From Chloroflexota bacterium (GTDB taxonomy: Bacteria; Bacteroidota; Bacteroidia; Bacteroidales; VadinHA17): 33,546 nt of DNA. Position numbers and translations under genes: made by a program. A model generated the notes under the pieces. That model was not told the origin of the DNA, made no database searches, and saw nothing but the letters and a program-made list of their open reading frames with translations. Every line of letters starts with the position of its first letter. The stretch's first letter is position 1. The stretch covers positions 1 to 33,546 of the forward strand of contig JBLNAO010000161.1 of assembly GCA_050259395.1 (NCBI GenBank). Reading direction: 5' to 3'. This document shows positions 1 to 8,873 of this stretch, one piece after another.

Positions 1-2
1 TC

Positions 3-3000
3 GTTAATGGTGGCAGGATTTCAGGAGCAAATTCAGCCTCTCTCACGATAGCAGCATCCGTTGCCGCTGATGCAGGCGCTTACACCTGTCTTGTCGATGG
101 TTCAGAGATAAGCGCGGCTGCAATAGTAACAATAAATCCTTCCACAGAAATAACGACCCATCCTCTAAGCGGAACAAAATGCTCCGGAGACATTCATATC
201 TTCTCTGTAACTGCAACCGGTGCCGGACTTTCATATCAATGGTACAAGGACGACCTCAGCTCACCGATACCAGGCGCATTCACATTTGAATATACCATCA
301 ATCCGGTCACAGTTTCAGATAACGGGACGTACTTCTGCGTAGTAACGGGTACCTGCGGACCAAAAACTAGTAACCCTGCAACACTGATCGTAAATGATCC
401 TGTAGCAATTGTTGCACAGCCTGTTGCACCTCCTCCGCTTTGTGAAGGAACATCAACTTCATTCAGATTCAATGTTACAGGAACGGGATTGACTTACCTA
501 TGGAAGAAAAATGGTCAGCCGATAACAGATGCAAATATTACAGGAATCAATGATCATACCCTTGTACTTTCCAATTCAGTTCTTACAAATTCCGGTGTTT
601 ACTCGTGCACTGTTACAGGTGCATGCAGCACACCCGTAACGAGTGACGATGTTGCGGTTACGGTAAATCCGGTCACTGCCATTGCAACTCAGCCCATAGG
701 CCGTGTAACCTGCGAGGGCGATGCAGTGACATTCACTGTAGCCGTAACAGGAACCAACCTGCTGTATGAATGGAGAAGGAATGGATCATCTCTCGGAGCT
801 CCTGCCCCGGGGAACCAGGTCTTAACAATAACCGGTTTGACAAAAGCATCGCACGAAGGCTCATATACATGTATAGTTTCAGGTGACTGCGGTGCTTCTG
901 TAACAAGCAACCCCGCAATATTAACAGTCAACAGGGTCACTTCAATCGGAGCGCCAGCAATCTCAGCCGCTACTATCTGTGAAGATGCTTCAACCAGGAT
1001 AACCATTACTGCAACCGGGGATGGATTGAACTATCTCTGGAAGAAGGGAGGCCAGCCAATAACAGCTGCAAACATAACAGGTATAACGACAAACGAGCTT
1101 GTAATATCAAATGCACAGGTCAGTGATGCCGGAATCTATACCTGCACCGTATCAGGCTTATGCGGAAGCCCGCTGACAAGCACAAATGCTGTGATAACAG
1201 TCAATCCGACTACTGTAATCACTGCTCAGCCTTCAGGATATACCAAATGTGCAGGTGATGAGGTGATATTTAATGTTGCTGCAGCAGGAAATATCTCTAC
1301 ATTCCAATGGTTTAAAGGCTCTGCACCGTTAATTGAAGGTGCACAGCCATCAGGCGCTGTCGTTACAGGATCAGGCACGAGCCAGCTGAAAATTACCGGC
1401 ATTACACCCTTCGAAGCAGCATCTTACACATGCTCAATTACGGGTTCATGTGGAAATATAAGTTCAGAACCTGCAGTACTTGTTGTTAATGTACCTGTCA
1501 TGATAAGTGCTGAACCTCCGGCTCTTACTACAATCTGCCAGGGCAGCTCGACTTCGGTAACTGTAACGACAACAGGGACAGTTACTTCATACCAATGGAA
1601 AAAGGATGGCAATAATCTAAGTAACACAGGAAGCTATGCAGGCGTCAATACAAATAGCCTCATAATTTCGAATGCTCTCCTTGCCGATGCAGGATTCTAT
1701 TCCTGCGAAATTGTCAGTAATTGCAATACAATCAGAACAATAAGTGCGGAATTGAGGGTCAATCCTCTGACTGCCATTACGCTGCAGCCTTCAAATGCAA
1801 CCCTTTGTGAGGGCGAAAATGTTCAGTTCATGGTGAATGCCACCGGCGGGCTTCCTCTCACATATCAGTGGAGGTTTAATAATGTGGCAATGCCTGGCGC
1901 CACTAATAATACACTTATAATAAATGGCATAAACAGCACCAATTCCGGGGCATATACCTGTTATATCACAAGCGCATCAGGATGCGGGACAGCCACAAGC
2001 AATCCGGCAAACCTTGTTGTGAATTCCGGTGCGAAGATCCTCACACAGCCTGTTAATACTGTTGTCTGCCAGGGCAGCACAGCAATAATATCTGTTGCGG
2101 CTTCAGGAACAGCGCCGCTAACATACAGGTGGAAGTACAACAATGTCAACATGACCGATGCAGGAAGGATTTCCGGAAGTTCAACAAATGAACTAAGGAT
2201 CTCAGGTTCTATTGATGGGGATGAAGGAATCTATAAATGTGAGGTAATAAGTCCCTGTGGTATTGTTGAAAGCAGTTCTGTTACCCTTACAGTGGACCCG
2301 GCAACCACCATTTCAATTCATCCGGCTAACCAGAATATTGTTCTGGGCACAACTGCAGTCTTCAGTGTTGCCGCAAGCGGCATAATAATAAGTTACCAGT
2401 GGCAAAAAGATGGTTCACCGCTTGTTGAGGATGGTATTAAGATCATCGGTTCAACATCAGCAATTCTTCGTGTTACGAATGTTGCTGTTGCTGATGCCGG
2501 ATCTTACAGGTGCGTTGTAACAGGTAAATGCGGAACACTTACTTCTAACCCGGGTATCCTCACTGTAAATGTTCCTGTCACTATAACAGCTTCGCCTGCT
2601 GATATTGATCAGTGCACAGGTGGCTCTGCCTCATTCATTGTTGTTGCCACAGGTTCGATTGTTTCTTACCGCTGGATGTTCAACGGGACCAGTCTTACAG
2701 ACGGAGGAGTGGTTTCAGGTTCAGATACACCTAATCTTGTCATTTCTTCCGTTGCTGCAGCAAATGAGGGTGACTATTCATGTATTGTTACAGGCACATT
2801 CAACACTGCAAACAGTAACGTTGCAGAACTTACTGTAAATGAGCCTGCTAATATTTCTGTTCAGCCGGTGTCACAGGCGCTTTGCCTTCACGACTGGCTG
2901 GTTCTTGAGGTTAATGCTACAGGTGAGAACTTAAGTTATGCATGGGAAAAGGATGGCGCCCCTGTTGCTGCCGATGCGAATACATCAGGAATAAATACTT

Positions 3001-3650
3001 CATTACTTGTAATTACTGATGTTACAGCTGCCCGCTCCGGCTCATACAGGTGCAGGGTATGGAATACCTGTAATGACGAAATGAGCAATGCAGCAGTCAT
3101 TACGATCAATCCTGCTTTGACCCTTGTTACATCGCCTTCGAACGACACTAAATGCGAGGGACAGAACACAACATTCTCAGCTTTGGCAACAGGAGTCAAC
3201 CTGCATTACCAATGGTATAAAGGAGGTGTGCTCCTTAACAACTCTGCAAGAGTGACGGGCGCCACTACAGCAAATCTTAAAATCAGTGTTTTACAGATGA
3301 GCGACCAGGATAGCTATTCATGTACTATCACTGACGACTGCAACACTGTTAACAGTGCTGCTGCCAGCCTCATTGTTAAAGAAAAAGTTGTGATCATACA
3401 GCAACCCCAGAATATGACTGTGTGTGAAGGTCAGAATGCCTTCTTCGAAGTAAGGGCTACTGGCTTCAACCTTCATTACCAGTGGCAGAAAGATGGAGTT
3501 AACCTGTCAGATGCAGGAAATATTTCAGGGTCAATACAATCTGTTCTTGTGATCAGTAATGCAGTTTTTGCCGACAGAGGCGTTTATAGATGTGTTGTAA
3601 CAGGCGACTGCAACAACTTCCTGACAAATACTGCATCTCTCACTGTTAAT
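3..3650 (+). repeat. Array of Ig-like (I-set-like) domains, ~90 aa each: 13 complete plus 1 partial in the window
   Basis: Recurrent pattern QP..x.C.G....F.V.A.G....Y.W.K....L.I......D.G.Y.C.V...C....S..A.L.VN, counted by the Y-x-C motif. Confidence 0.9.
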
Positions 3651-6600
3651 CTTCTTCCTGCTGCAGCCGGTGCCATTTCAGGTTCAACACTTATATGCCA
3701 GGGATCAACAAGGGTATTGTATGTTGTTCCCGCAATTGCAAATGCAACCAACTATGTCTGGAATCTGCCTCATGGTGCCGTAATAGTAAGCGGTACTGGC
3801 ACAAGATCGATCGAAGTGGATTACCCTGTCGGATCAGTATCAGGTGCAGTTTCAGTGTACGGAATTAATGGCTGTACCAATGGTGCTGCATCTTCCCTGG
3901 GTGTGACTGTTAATCCTCTTCCTCTTGCCGCTGCAGGACCCGACCAGATCCTTTGCACCGATGCGACTACACTCGCCGCAGATGCCACAGGATATCTTCC
4001 GGGTTCAGGATTATGGACAAAGCTTTCAGGGCAGGGGAATATCGCTGCACCTGCAGTTCCCAACAGCACTCTGACAGGCGTGGGACAGGGCGATAATGTT
4101 TTCAGATGGACCGTCACTGTAGGCGGCTGCACATCATTTGACGATGTTACAATCACAAACAGGAAAGTGAATGTCGATGCCGGCCCTGATCAGACGATAT
4201 GTTCGATGACAACAAGCGTGTTTGCGAACACTCCATCAGCAGGAGCAGGGTCATGGTCGATAGTCTCCGGGGGAGGATCGTTCAGCAACATGGCCGATCC
4301 CAGGGCAACTGTCATCAATCTTACAAGAGGTGCCAATATATTGAAGTGGTCCATAAACAATGGAGGCTGTATCAGTTCTGATGAGACAATAATCAGGAAC
4401 GACCTGCCGACCAATTCGGATGCCGGGGTAGACGCAATCCTTATTGTAGACAACTATACACTGGCAGCAAATGTTCCGGTGATCGGAACAGGTCAATGGA
4501 CACTGATAAGCGGCGCTGCGACTATAACTAATATCAATCTCTCTAATTCTACGGTAACCGGGCTTGGTATCGGCGACAACATCTTCAGATGGACAATCAC
4601 CAACAACCTTTGTTACAGTCAGGATGAAGTGAAGGTAACAAATTACACACCCACCGTCACCGATGCAGGGCCGAATCAAACCCTTTGCTCGGACCGCACC
4701 ACCCTGGCAGGCACAAAGCCGAATTACGGCACAGGACAGTGGTCGGTGGTGGCAGGTTCCGGTACTTTTACCGATCCTTACAAATGGGATAGCGAGGTGT
4801 TCAACATGGGAAAAGGGGCCAATGTCTACAAATGGACAGTGTATGAATATATGGTTACTTCCGATGAAGTGACAATAATCAATAACTCACCGTCTACAGC
4901 CAATGCTGGCATCGATCAGCGACTATGCGTTACTACATCGACCCTTGCAGCCAATAACCCGGTTATTGGAACGGGGGAATGGTCTGTCGTCGGCGGGTCA
5001 GGAACTATTGATAATCCATCATTATTCAACTCTGTGGTAAGTAACCTCGGATCTGGTTCCAATACTTTCCGGTGGACTGTAGCGAACGGAGGATGCAGCT
5101 CATACGATGAGGTGAATATTATAAACGAACAGCCAACCTTTGCAGAAGCAGGCGGTGATCAGATCATCTGTGCCGATTCGGTCAACCTTTATCCGAATAC
5201 TCCCACAATCGGAGTTGGTGAATGGAGCGTGGTTTCAGGGTCAGCATTTTTCAGAGGGAACAAGGCATACAATCTGGCCAGAGGCGATAATCGTTTTGCC
5301 TGGACTATCACCAATAATACATGCTCTCACACAGACATCGTGTCGATAACCAGTAACAAACCGACTACAGCTTATACCGGCGCGGACAAATCTATCTGTG
5401 TTGATAATATAACCCTCCCTGGGAATTCCCCGACTTATGGTACAGGGGTATGGACTGTTCTCAGCGGTTCTGGCAACATCCAGAATGCAGGCGATGCAAC
5501 TTCCACTGTTACGAACCTGGCACCGGGAAGCAACAGGTTCAGATGGACAATTACTTATAACGGTTGTGTATCTTTCGACGAGGTTGCGATCAGTTACGAT
5601 TTTATCTCTGCGAACGCGGGTGCGGACCAGGTGAACTGCCTTCCAAATGCAATGCTTAATGCGACCGATGCTGGTATTGGCAAAGGCCAGTGGACAGTCG
5701 TCGGAGGTTCGGGATCAGCCAATTTCACTAATCCGAACCAGTCAAATACCGAGGTCAGCAGCCTCGACAGGGGAATGAACATGCTGCGGTGGACAGTAAC
5801 CAATGCCGGCTGTGTATCCAGTGATGATGTTGTGATTACAAATAATTCACCAAGTACCGCATACGCTGGTTCAGACCGTTCTGTTTGTGGTGAAGAAATC
5901 TTACTGAATGCAAATACACCGCAGGTTGGTACTGCTGAGTGGAGCATATTGGGCGGATCAGCGGTCATAGCCAACACGACTTTGAGCAACTCGAAGGTTT
6001 CTAATTTGTCAATTGGCAGGAACGTGCTCAGGTGGACAGTCACAAACCTCGGATGCGTATCATCCGATGAAGTTGTCATCAACAACGATCAGCCCACAAA
6101 TATTGAGGCAGGCCCCAGCCAGTATTTATGCTCGGATAATACACAGCTATATGCAACCGCTCCTGTTGCAGGTTACGGCAGATGGTCAATACTCAAAGGA
6201 TCAGCTACAATTGTCGACAATACTCTGTACAATACCCGTATCACCAATCTTGGAAAAGGTGAGAACAAGCTGATCTGGACAGTGACAAGCGCAGGTTGCA
6301 GCAACTTTGATTCAGTGAACGTTGTGAACAATCTTCCGTCAGGTCCCAATGCAGGTCCTGACCTGGATATTTGCGCCGATAATGTTTTCATGTCCGCCAA
6401 TCAACCGGCGATCGGTACCGGGAAGTGGAGCGTGGTAAGCGGTTCTGCCACTTTCGGGAACTCCGGTTCACCGAATACCCCAACCACTCTGCTTGGGAAC
6501 GGACCCAATGTTCTGCGCTGGACAGTCTCAAATGGAAGTTGCATAATGTTCGATGAGGTTACGGTTCTGAACAGCATGCCAACAGTTGCTTATGCCGGTG

Positions 6601-7859
6601 AAGACCGCTCGGTATGTAACACAACTGCAAATCTTCTGGCAACAAATCCTGTTATCGGGACAGGATCATGGTCTGTCGTCAGCGGCTCGGGAATCTTAAG
6701 CGACACAACAACGTACAACAGCCAGATTTCAAATCTTGGATTCGGCCAGAATACACTGAGATGGACAACAGTAAGCGGACGTTGCAGAACTGTGGACGAT
6801 GTGATAATTACAAACAATCTCGCAGAGGTTTATGCAGGTCCTGACCAGGTTGTTTATCAGCCATCCGCCCGACTGATCGGTAACAAACCGTTAAAGGGAA
6901 CCGGACAGTGGGTGGTGCTGGCAGGCCTTGGATCTATCACAACCCCATCTGCATTTGAGACCGGCGTCACGGGTCTTGGAGGCGGTGCGAATTCTTTTGC
7001 ATGGACTATCAATAACGAGGGATGTATTGCCACGGACCAGGTAGTCATTACACACAGGGTAATGCCTGTTGCAGATTTTGAGCCTCTGCCCGGAAGCGGT
7101 TGCACTCCTCTGCATGTCAGCTTCGTCAATACCTCTGCCGGCGGCGCTCCCTACAGATGGGATTTCGGCGATGGCACTTCATCCACTGCTGCCAATACCA
7201 ACCACACTTATAATGTACCGGGAACTTATAAAGTAAGGCTCACAGCTACGGGGCCCGATGGCTTCCTTGTACATAAGGACACTGTTGTGATTGTGAGGCC
7301 AATACCTGTGGCCAGCTTTGAGATCACACCTGATACTGCATTCATCCCGGGCAATGCTATCCATTTCTTCAACCTCACACAGGGTATAGATTCATTACGC
7401 TGGGAATTTGGCGATGGCAATGTATCTACGGAAATGAATCCTTCATACAAGTATCAGGAAAAGGGAAGCTATGATGTAACTCTTCATGTGTGGTCGGGAT
7501 ACAAATGCTACGATTCAGTTGTGGTTCATAATGCAGTGTTCGTCGATCTTGCAGGTGTGATCAATTGTCCCAACGCATTCACTCCCAATCCGAACGGACC
7601 ATCAGGAGGACAATTCAACGAAAACGATTTCTCGAACGACGTATTCCATTGTTTCATCGAGGGTGCTGCACAGTATCACATGGAGGTATACAACAGGCTG
7701 GGAATCAGGTTGTTTGAAACAGATGATCTCAATATAGGCTGGGATGGTTACTTCAAAGGAAAGCTTGTCGAAGAGGGCGCTTATGTGTTTAAGGTCGTTG
7801 GAAGGTTCAACAACGGGCAGCCTTTTAATTATTTCGGTAACATCCTTGTGATTTATTAA
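3..7859 (+). CDS. Giant T9SS type-B cargo surface protein/adhesin (Ig-like repeats, PKD-like repeats, PKD domains, gliding motility-associated C-terminal domain); 5'-truncated
   Basis: The frame of the 489..7859 ORF is open back to position 3 (VNGGRISGANSASLTIAASVAADAGAYTCLV...YQWYK...TYFCVV), so the TTG at 489 is not the real start. It has Ig motifs (YxWxK...DxGxYxC), PKD motifs (WDFGDG, WEFGDG) and a C-terminal PNAFTPN...NDVF...VYNRLG...GWDG...EGAYVF type-B CTD. A PorP/SprF gene follows immediately. Confidence 0.95.
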   Translation, partial: VNGGRISGANSASLTIAASVAADAGAYTCLVDGSEISAAAIVTINPSTEITTHPLSGTKCSGDIHIFSVTATGAGLSYQWYKDDLSSPIPGAFTFEYTINPVTVSDNGTYFCVVTGTCGPKTSNPATLIVNDPVAIVAQPVAPPPLCEGTSTSFRFNVTGTGLTYLWKKNGQPITDANITGINDHTLVLSNSVLTNSGVYSCTVTGACSTPVTSDDVAVTVNPVTAIATQPIGRVTCEGDAVTFTVAVTGTNLLYEWRRNGSSLGAPAPGNQVLTITGLTKASHEGSYTCIVSGDCGASVTSNPAILTVNRVTSIGAPAISAATICEDASTRITITATGDGLNYLWKKGGQPITAANITGITTNELVISNAQVSDAGIYTCTVSGLCGSPLTSTNAVITVNPTTVITAQPSGYTKCAGDEVIFNVAAAGNISTFQWFKGSAPLIEGAQPSGAVVTGSGTSQLKITGITPFEAASYTCSITGSCGNISSEPAVLVVNVPVMISAEPPALTTICQGSSTSVTVTTTGTVTSYQWKKDGNNLSNTGSYAGVNTNSLIISNALLADAGFYSCEIVSNCNTIRTISAELRVNPLTAITLQPSNATLCEGENVQFMVNATGGLPLTYQWRFNNVAMPGATNNTLIINGINSTNSGAYTCYITSASGCGTATSNPANLVVNSGAKILTQPVNTVVCQGSTAIISVAASGTAPLTYRWKYNNVNMTDAGRISGSSTNELRISGSIDGDEGIYKCEVISPCGIVESSSVTLTVDPATTISIHPANQNIVLGTTAVFSVAASGIIISYQWQKDGSPLVEDGIKIIGSTSAILRVTNVAVADAGSYRCVVTGKCGTLTSNPGILTVNVPVTITASPADIDQCTGGSASFIVVATGSIVSYRWMFNGTSLTDGGVVSGSDTPNLVISSVAAANEGDYSCIVTGTFNTANSNVAELTVNEPANISVQPVSQALCLHDWLVLEVNATGENLSYAWEKDGAPVAADANTSGINTSLLVITDVTAARSGSYRCRVWNTCNDEMSNAAVITINPALTLVTSPSNDTKCEGQNTTFSALATGVNLHYQWYKGGVLLNNSARVTGATTANLKISVLQMSDQDSYSCTITDDCNTVNSAAASLIVKEKVVIIQQPQNMTVCEGQNAFFEVRATGFNLHYQWQKDGVNLSDAGNISGSIQSVLVISNAVFADRGVYRCVVTGDCNNFLTNTASLTVNLLPAAAGAISGSTLICQGSTRVLYVVPAIANATNYVWNLPHGAVIVSGTGTRSIEVDYPVGSVSGAVSVYGINGCTNGAASSLGVTVNPLPLAAAGPDQILCTDATTLAADATGYLPGSGLWTKLSGQGNIAAPAVPNSTLTGVGQGDNVFRWTVTVGGCTSFDDVTITNRKVNVDAGPDQTICSMTTSVFANTPSAGAGSWSIVSGGGSFSNMADPRATVINLTRGANILKWSINNGGCISSDETIIRNDLPTNSDAGVDAILIVDNYTLAANVPVIGTGQWTLISGAATITNINLSNSTVTGLGIGDNIFRWTITNNLCYSQDEVKVTNYTPTVTDAGPNQTLCSDRTTLAGTKPNYGTGQWSVVAGSGTFTDPYKWDSEVFNMGKGANVYKWTVYEYMVTSDEVTIINNSPSTANAGIDQRLCVTTSTLAANNPVIGTGEWSVVGGSGTIDNPSLFNSVVSNLGSGSNTFRWTVANGGCSSYDEVNIINEQPTFAEAGGDQIICADSVNLYPNTPTIGVGEWSVVSGSAFFRGNKAYNLARGDNRFAWTITNNTCSHTDIVSITSNKPTTAYTGADKSICVDNITLPGNSPTYGTGVWTVLSGSGNIQNAGDATSTVTNLAPGSNRFRWTITYNGCVSFDEVAISYDFISANAGADQVNCLPNAMLNATDAGIGKGQWTVVGGSGSANFTNPNQSNTEVSSLDRGMNMLRWTVTNAGCVSSDDVVITNNSPSTAYAGSDRSVCGEEILLNANTPQVGTAEWSILGGSAVIANTTLSNSKVSNLSIGRNVLRWTVTNLGCVSSDEVVINNDQPTNIEAGPSQYLCSDNTQLYATAPVAGYGRWSILKGSATIVDNTLYNTRITNLGKGENKLIWTVTSAGCSNFDSVNVVNNLPSGPNAGPDLDICADNVFMSANQPAIGTGKWSVVSGSATFGNSGSPNTPTTLLGNGPNVLRWTVSNGSCIMFDEVTVLNSMPTVAYAGEDRSVCNTTANLLATNPVIGTGSWSVVSGSGILSDTTTYNSQISNLGFGQNTLRWTTVSGRCRTVDDVIITNNLAEVYAGPDQVVYQPSARLIGNKPLKGTGQWVVLAGLGSITTPSAFETGVTGLGGGANSFAWTINNEGCIATDQVVITHRVMPVADFEPLPGSGCTPLHVSFVNTSAGGAPYRWDFGDGTSSTAANTNHTYNVPGTYKVRLTATGPDGFLVHKDTVVIVRPIPVASFEITPDTAFIPGNAIHFFNLTQGIDSLRWEFGDGNVSTEMNPSYKYQEKGSYDVTLHVWSGYKCYDSVVVHNAVFVDLAGVINCPNAFTPNPNGPSGGQFNENDFSNDVFHCFIEGAAQYHMEVYNRLGIRLFETDDLNIGWDGYFKGKLVEEGAYVFKVVGRFNNGQPFNYFGNILVIY
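3918..7055 (+). repeat. 13 tandem ~81-aa beta-sandwich (PKD-like) repeats
   Basis: Consensus P..A.AG.DQ..C.....L.AN.P..G.G.WSVVSGS..I.N....N..V.NL..G.N.FRWTV.N.GC.S.DEV.I.N seen 13 times. Confidence 0.9.
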
Positions 7860-7877
7860 AGAAATTCTGGATAACAA

Positions 7878-8873
7878 ATGAGAAAGTTAATATTTTTCAT
7901 GCTGGTGTTGACAGTTTCCGGAAGCAGGTTTTGTCCCGGTCAGGATCCGGTATTCACACAGTTTTATGCGGCGCCGGTTTATCTGAGCCCCTCATTTGCA
8001 GGGGGAAGCGGAGAGTCGCGGATCATACTTAACTTCCGTGACCAGTGGCCAAAGCTGCCGGGTGATTATATAACTTTTGCACTTTCCGCAGATCATTATC
8101 TTGAAAAATTCAACAGTGGGGTAGGACTACTGCTTCTCCGTGATGAACTTGCGGGCGGACTGATCACCATGAATAATATCGGGCTGAACTACAATTACAA
8201 TTTTAAGATTAACAGGAAATGGACTCTAAGCCCGGGGCTGCAGGTTTATTATCACATGAAGCAGATCAATTATAACCAGCTCATTTTCAGCGACCAGATC
8301 TCGAGGGATTTTGTGCTGCCCGCATCGATAGAGATAGAGCGCCTGAGCTCTGTAAAACCCATAAGGCATCTTGATGTTACCAGTTCCCTCCTGGCTTACA
8401 ACGATAGGGTTTGGGCCGGGTTTACCGTAGATCACCTGCTTTCGCTCAACAGTTATCTTCGCAGCGAAGGCGGCTATCTTCCACTTAGGCTTTCAATCTA
8501 TGGCGGAGGAAAGTATGTCATCCCTGGAAGGAGAAGGAGCCAGACACAGGAGAGTATTTCAGGGGCATTCAATTTCATGATGCAGGATTACTACAAATAC
8601 CTCGATATAGGAGCCTATTACAGCCGGTCTCCGATGCTGTTCGGGTTATGGTACAGGGGATTGCCTGTCTTTTCCGACAACCCCAACAACGGGGCTATCA
8701 CGCTTCAGTTCGGATACACTTTCACCAACGTCAGCATGAGCTACAGTTATGACTACACGATCTCGAGGCTCATGACCAAGACCGGAGGAGCACATGAAGT
8801 TTCACTTGCATGGACCCTGCAGGAGGTGAAGAGAAAAGCAAAAAGAAGAATGATTCCCTGTCCTTCACTGTGA
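7878..8873 (+). CDS. PorP/SprF family type IX secretion system outer-membrane protein
   Basis: N-terminal QDPVFTQFYAAPVYLSPSFAG and FRDQWP, C-terminal YSYDYTIS..GGAHEVSL and a terminal CP motif; 18 bp downstream of a type-B CTD gene. Confidence 0.95.
   Translation: MRKLIFFMLVLTVSGSRFCPGQDPVFTQFYAAPVYLSPSFAGGSGESRIILNFRDQWPKLPGDYITFALSADHYLEKFNSGVGLLLLRDELAGGLITMNNIGLNYNYNFKINRKWTLSPGLQVYYHMKQINYNQLIFSDQISRDFVLPASIEIERLSSVKPIRHLDVTSSLLAYNDRVWAGFTVDHLLSLNSYLRSEGGYLPLRLSIYGGGKYVIPGRRRSQTQESISGAFNFMMQDYYKYLDIGAYYSRSPMLFGLWYRGLPVFSDNPNNGAITLQFGYTFTNVSMSYSYDYTISRLMTKTGGAHEVSLAWTLQEVKRKAKRRMIPCPSL

Noticed and set aside
489-491. TTG start of the giant ORF given by the ORF track
   Set aside because: The frame is open to position 3 with the same Ig repeats and there is no signal peptide at 489; the gene starts upstream of the window.
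5280-5290. RGD tripeptide in repeat 6 of the giant protein
   Set aside because: It falls at the conserved x-G-x-N turn of the repeat (compare QGDN, IGDN), so it is most likely chance.
3918-7055. Repeat array considered as CRISPR-like, DGR target or recombination cassette
   Set aside because: The repeats are protein-level and diverged in DNA; no identical nucleotide repeats, spacers, reverse transcriptase or recombinase were seen in the window.
43-7877. Many 60-163 aa antisense or alternate-frame ORFs inside the giant gene, and similar ones inside other genes (for example 10214..10735, 12007..12480, 31689..32243, 32365..32700)
   Set aside because: They fully overlap well-supported genes, lack recognisable motifs, and are the expected shadow ORFs of codon bias.
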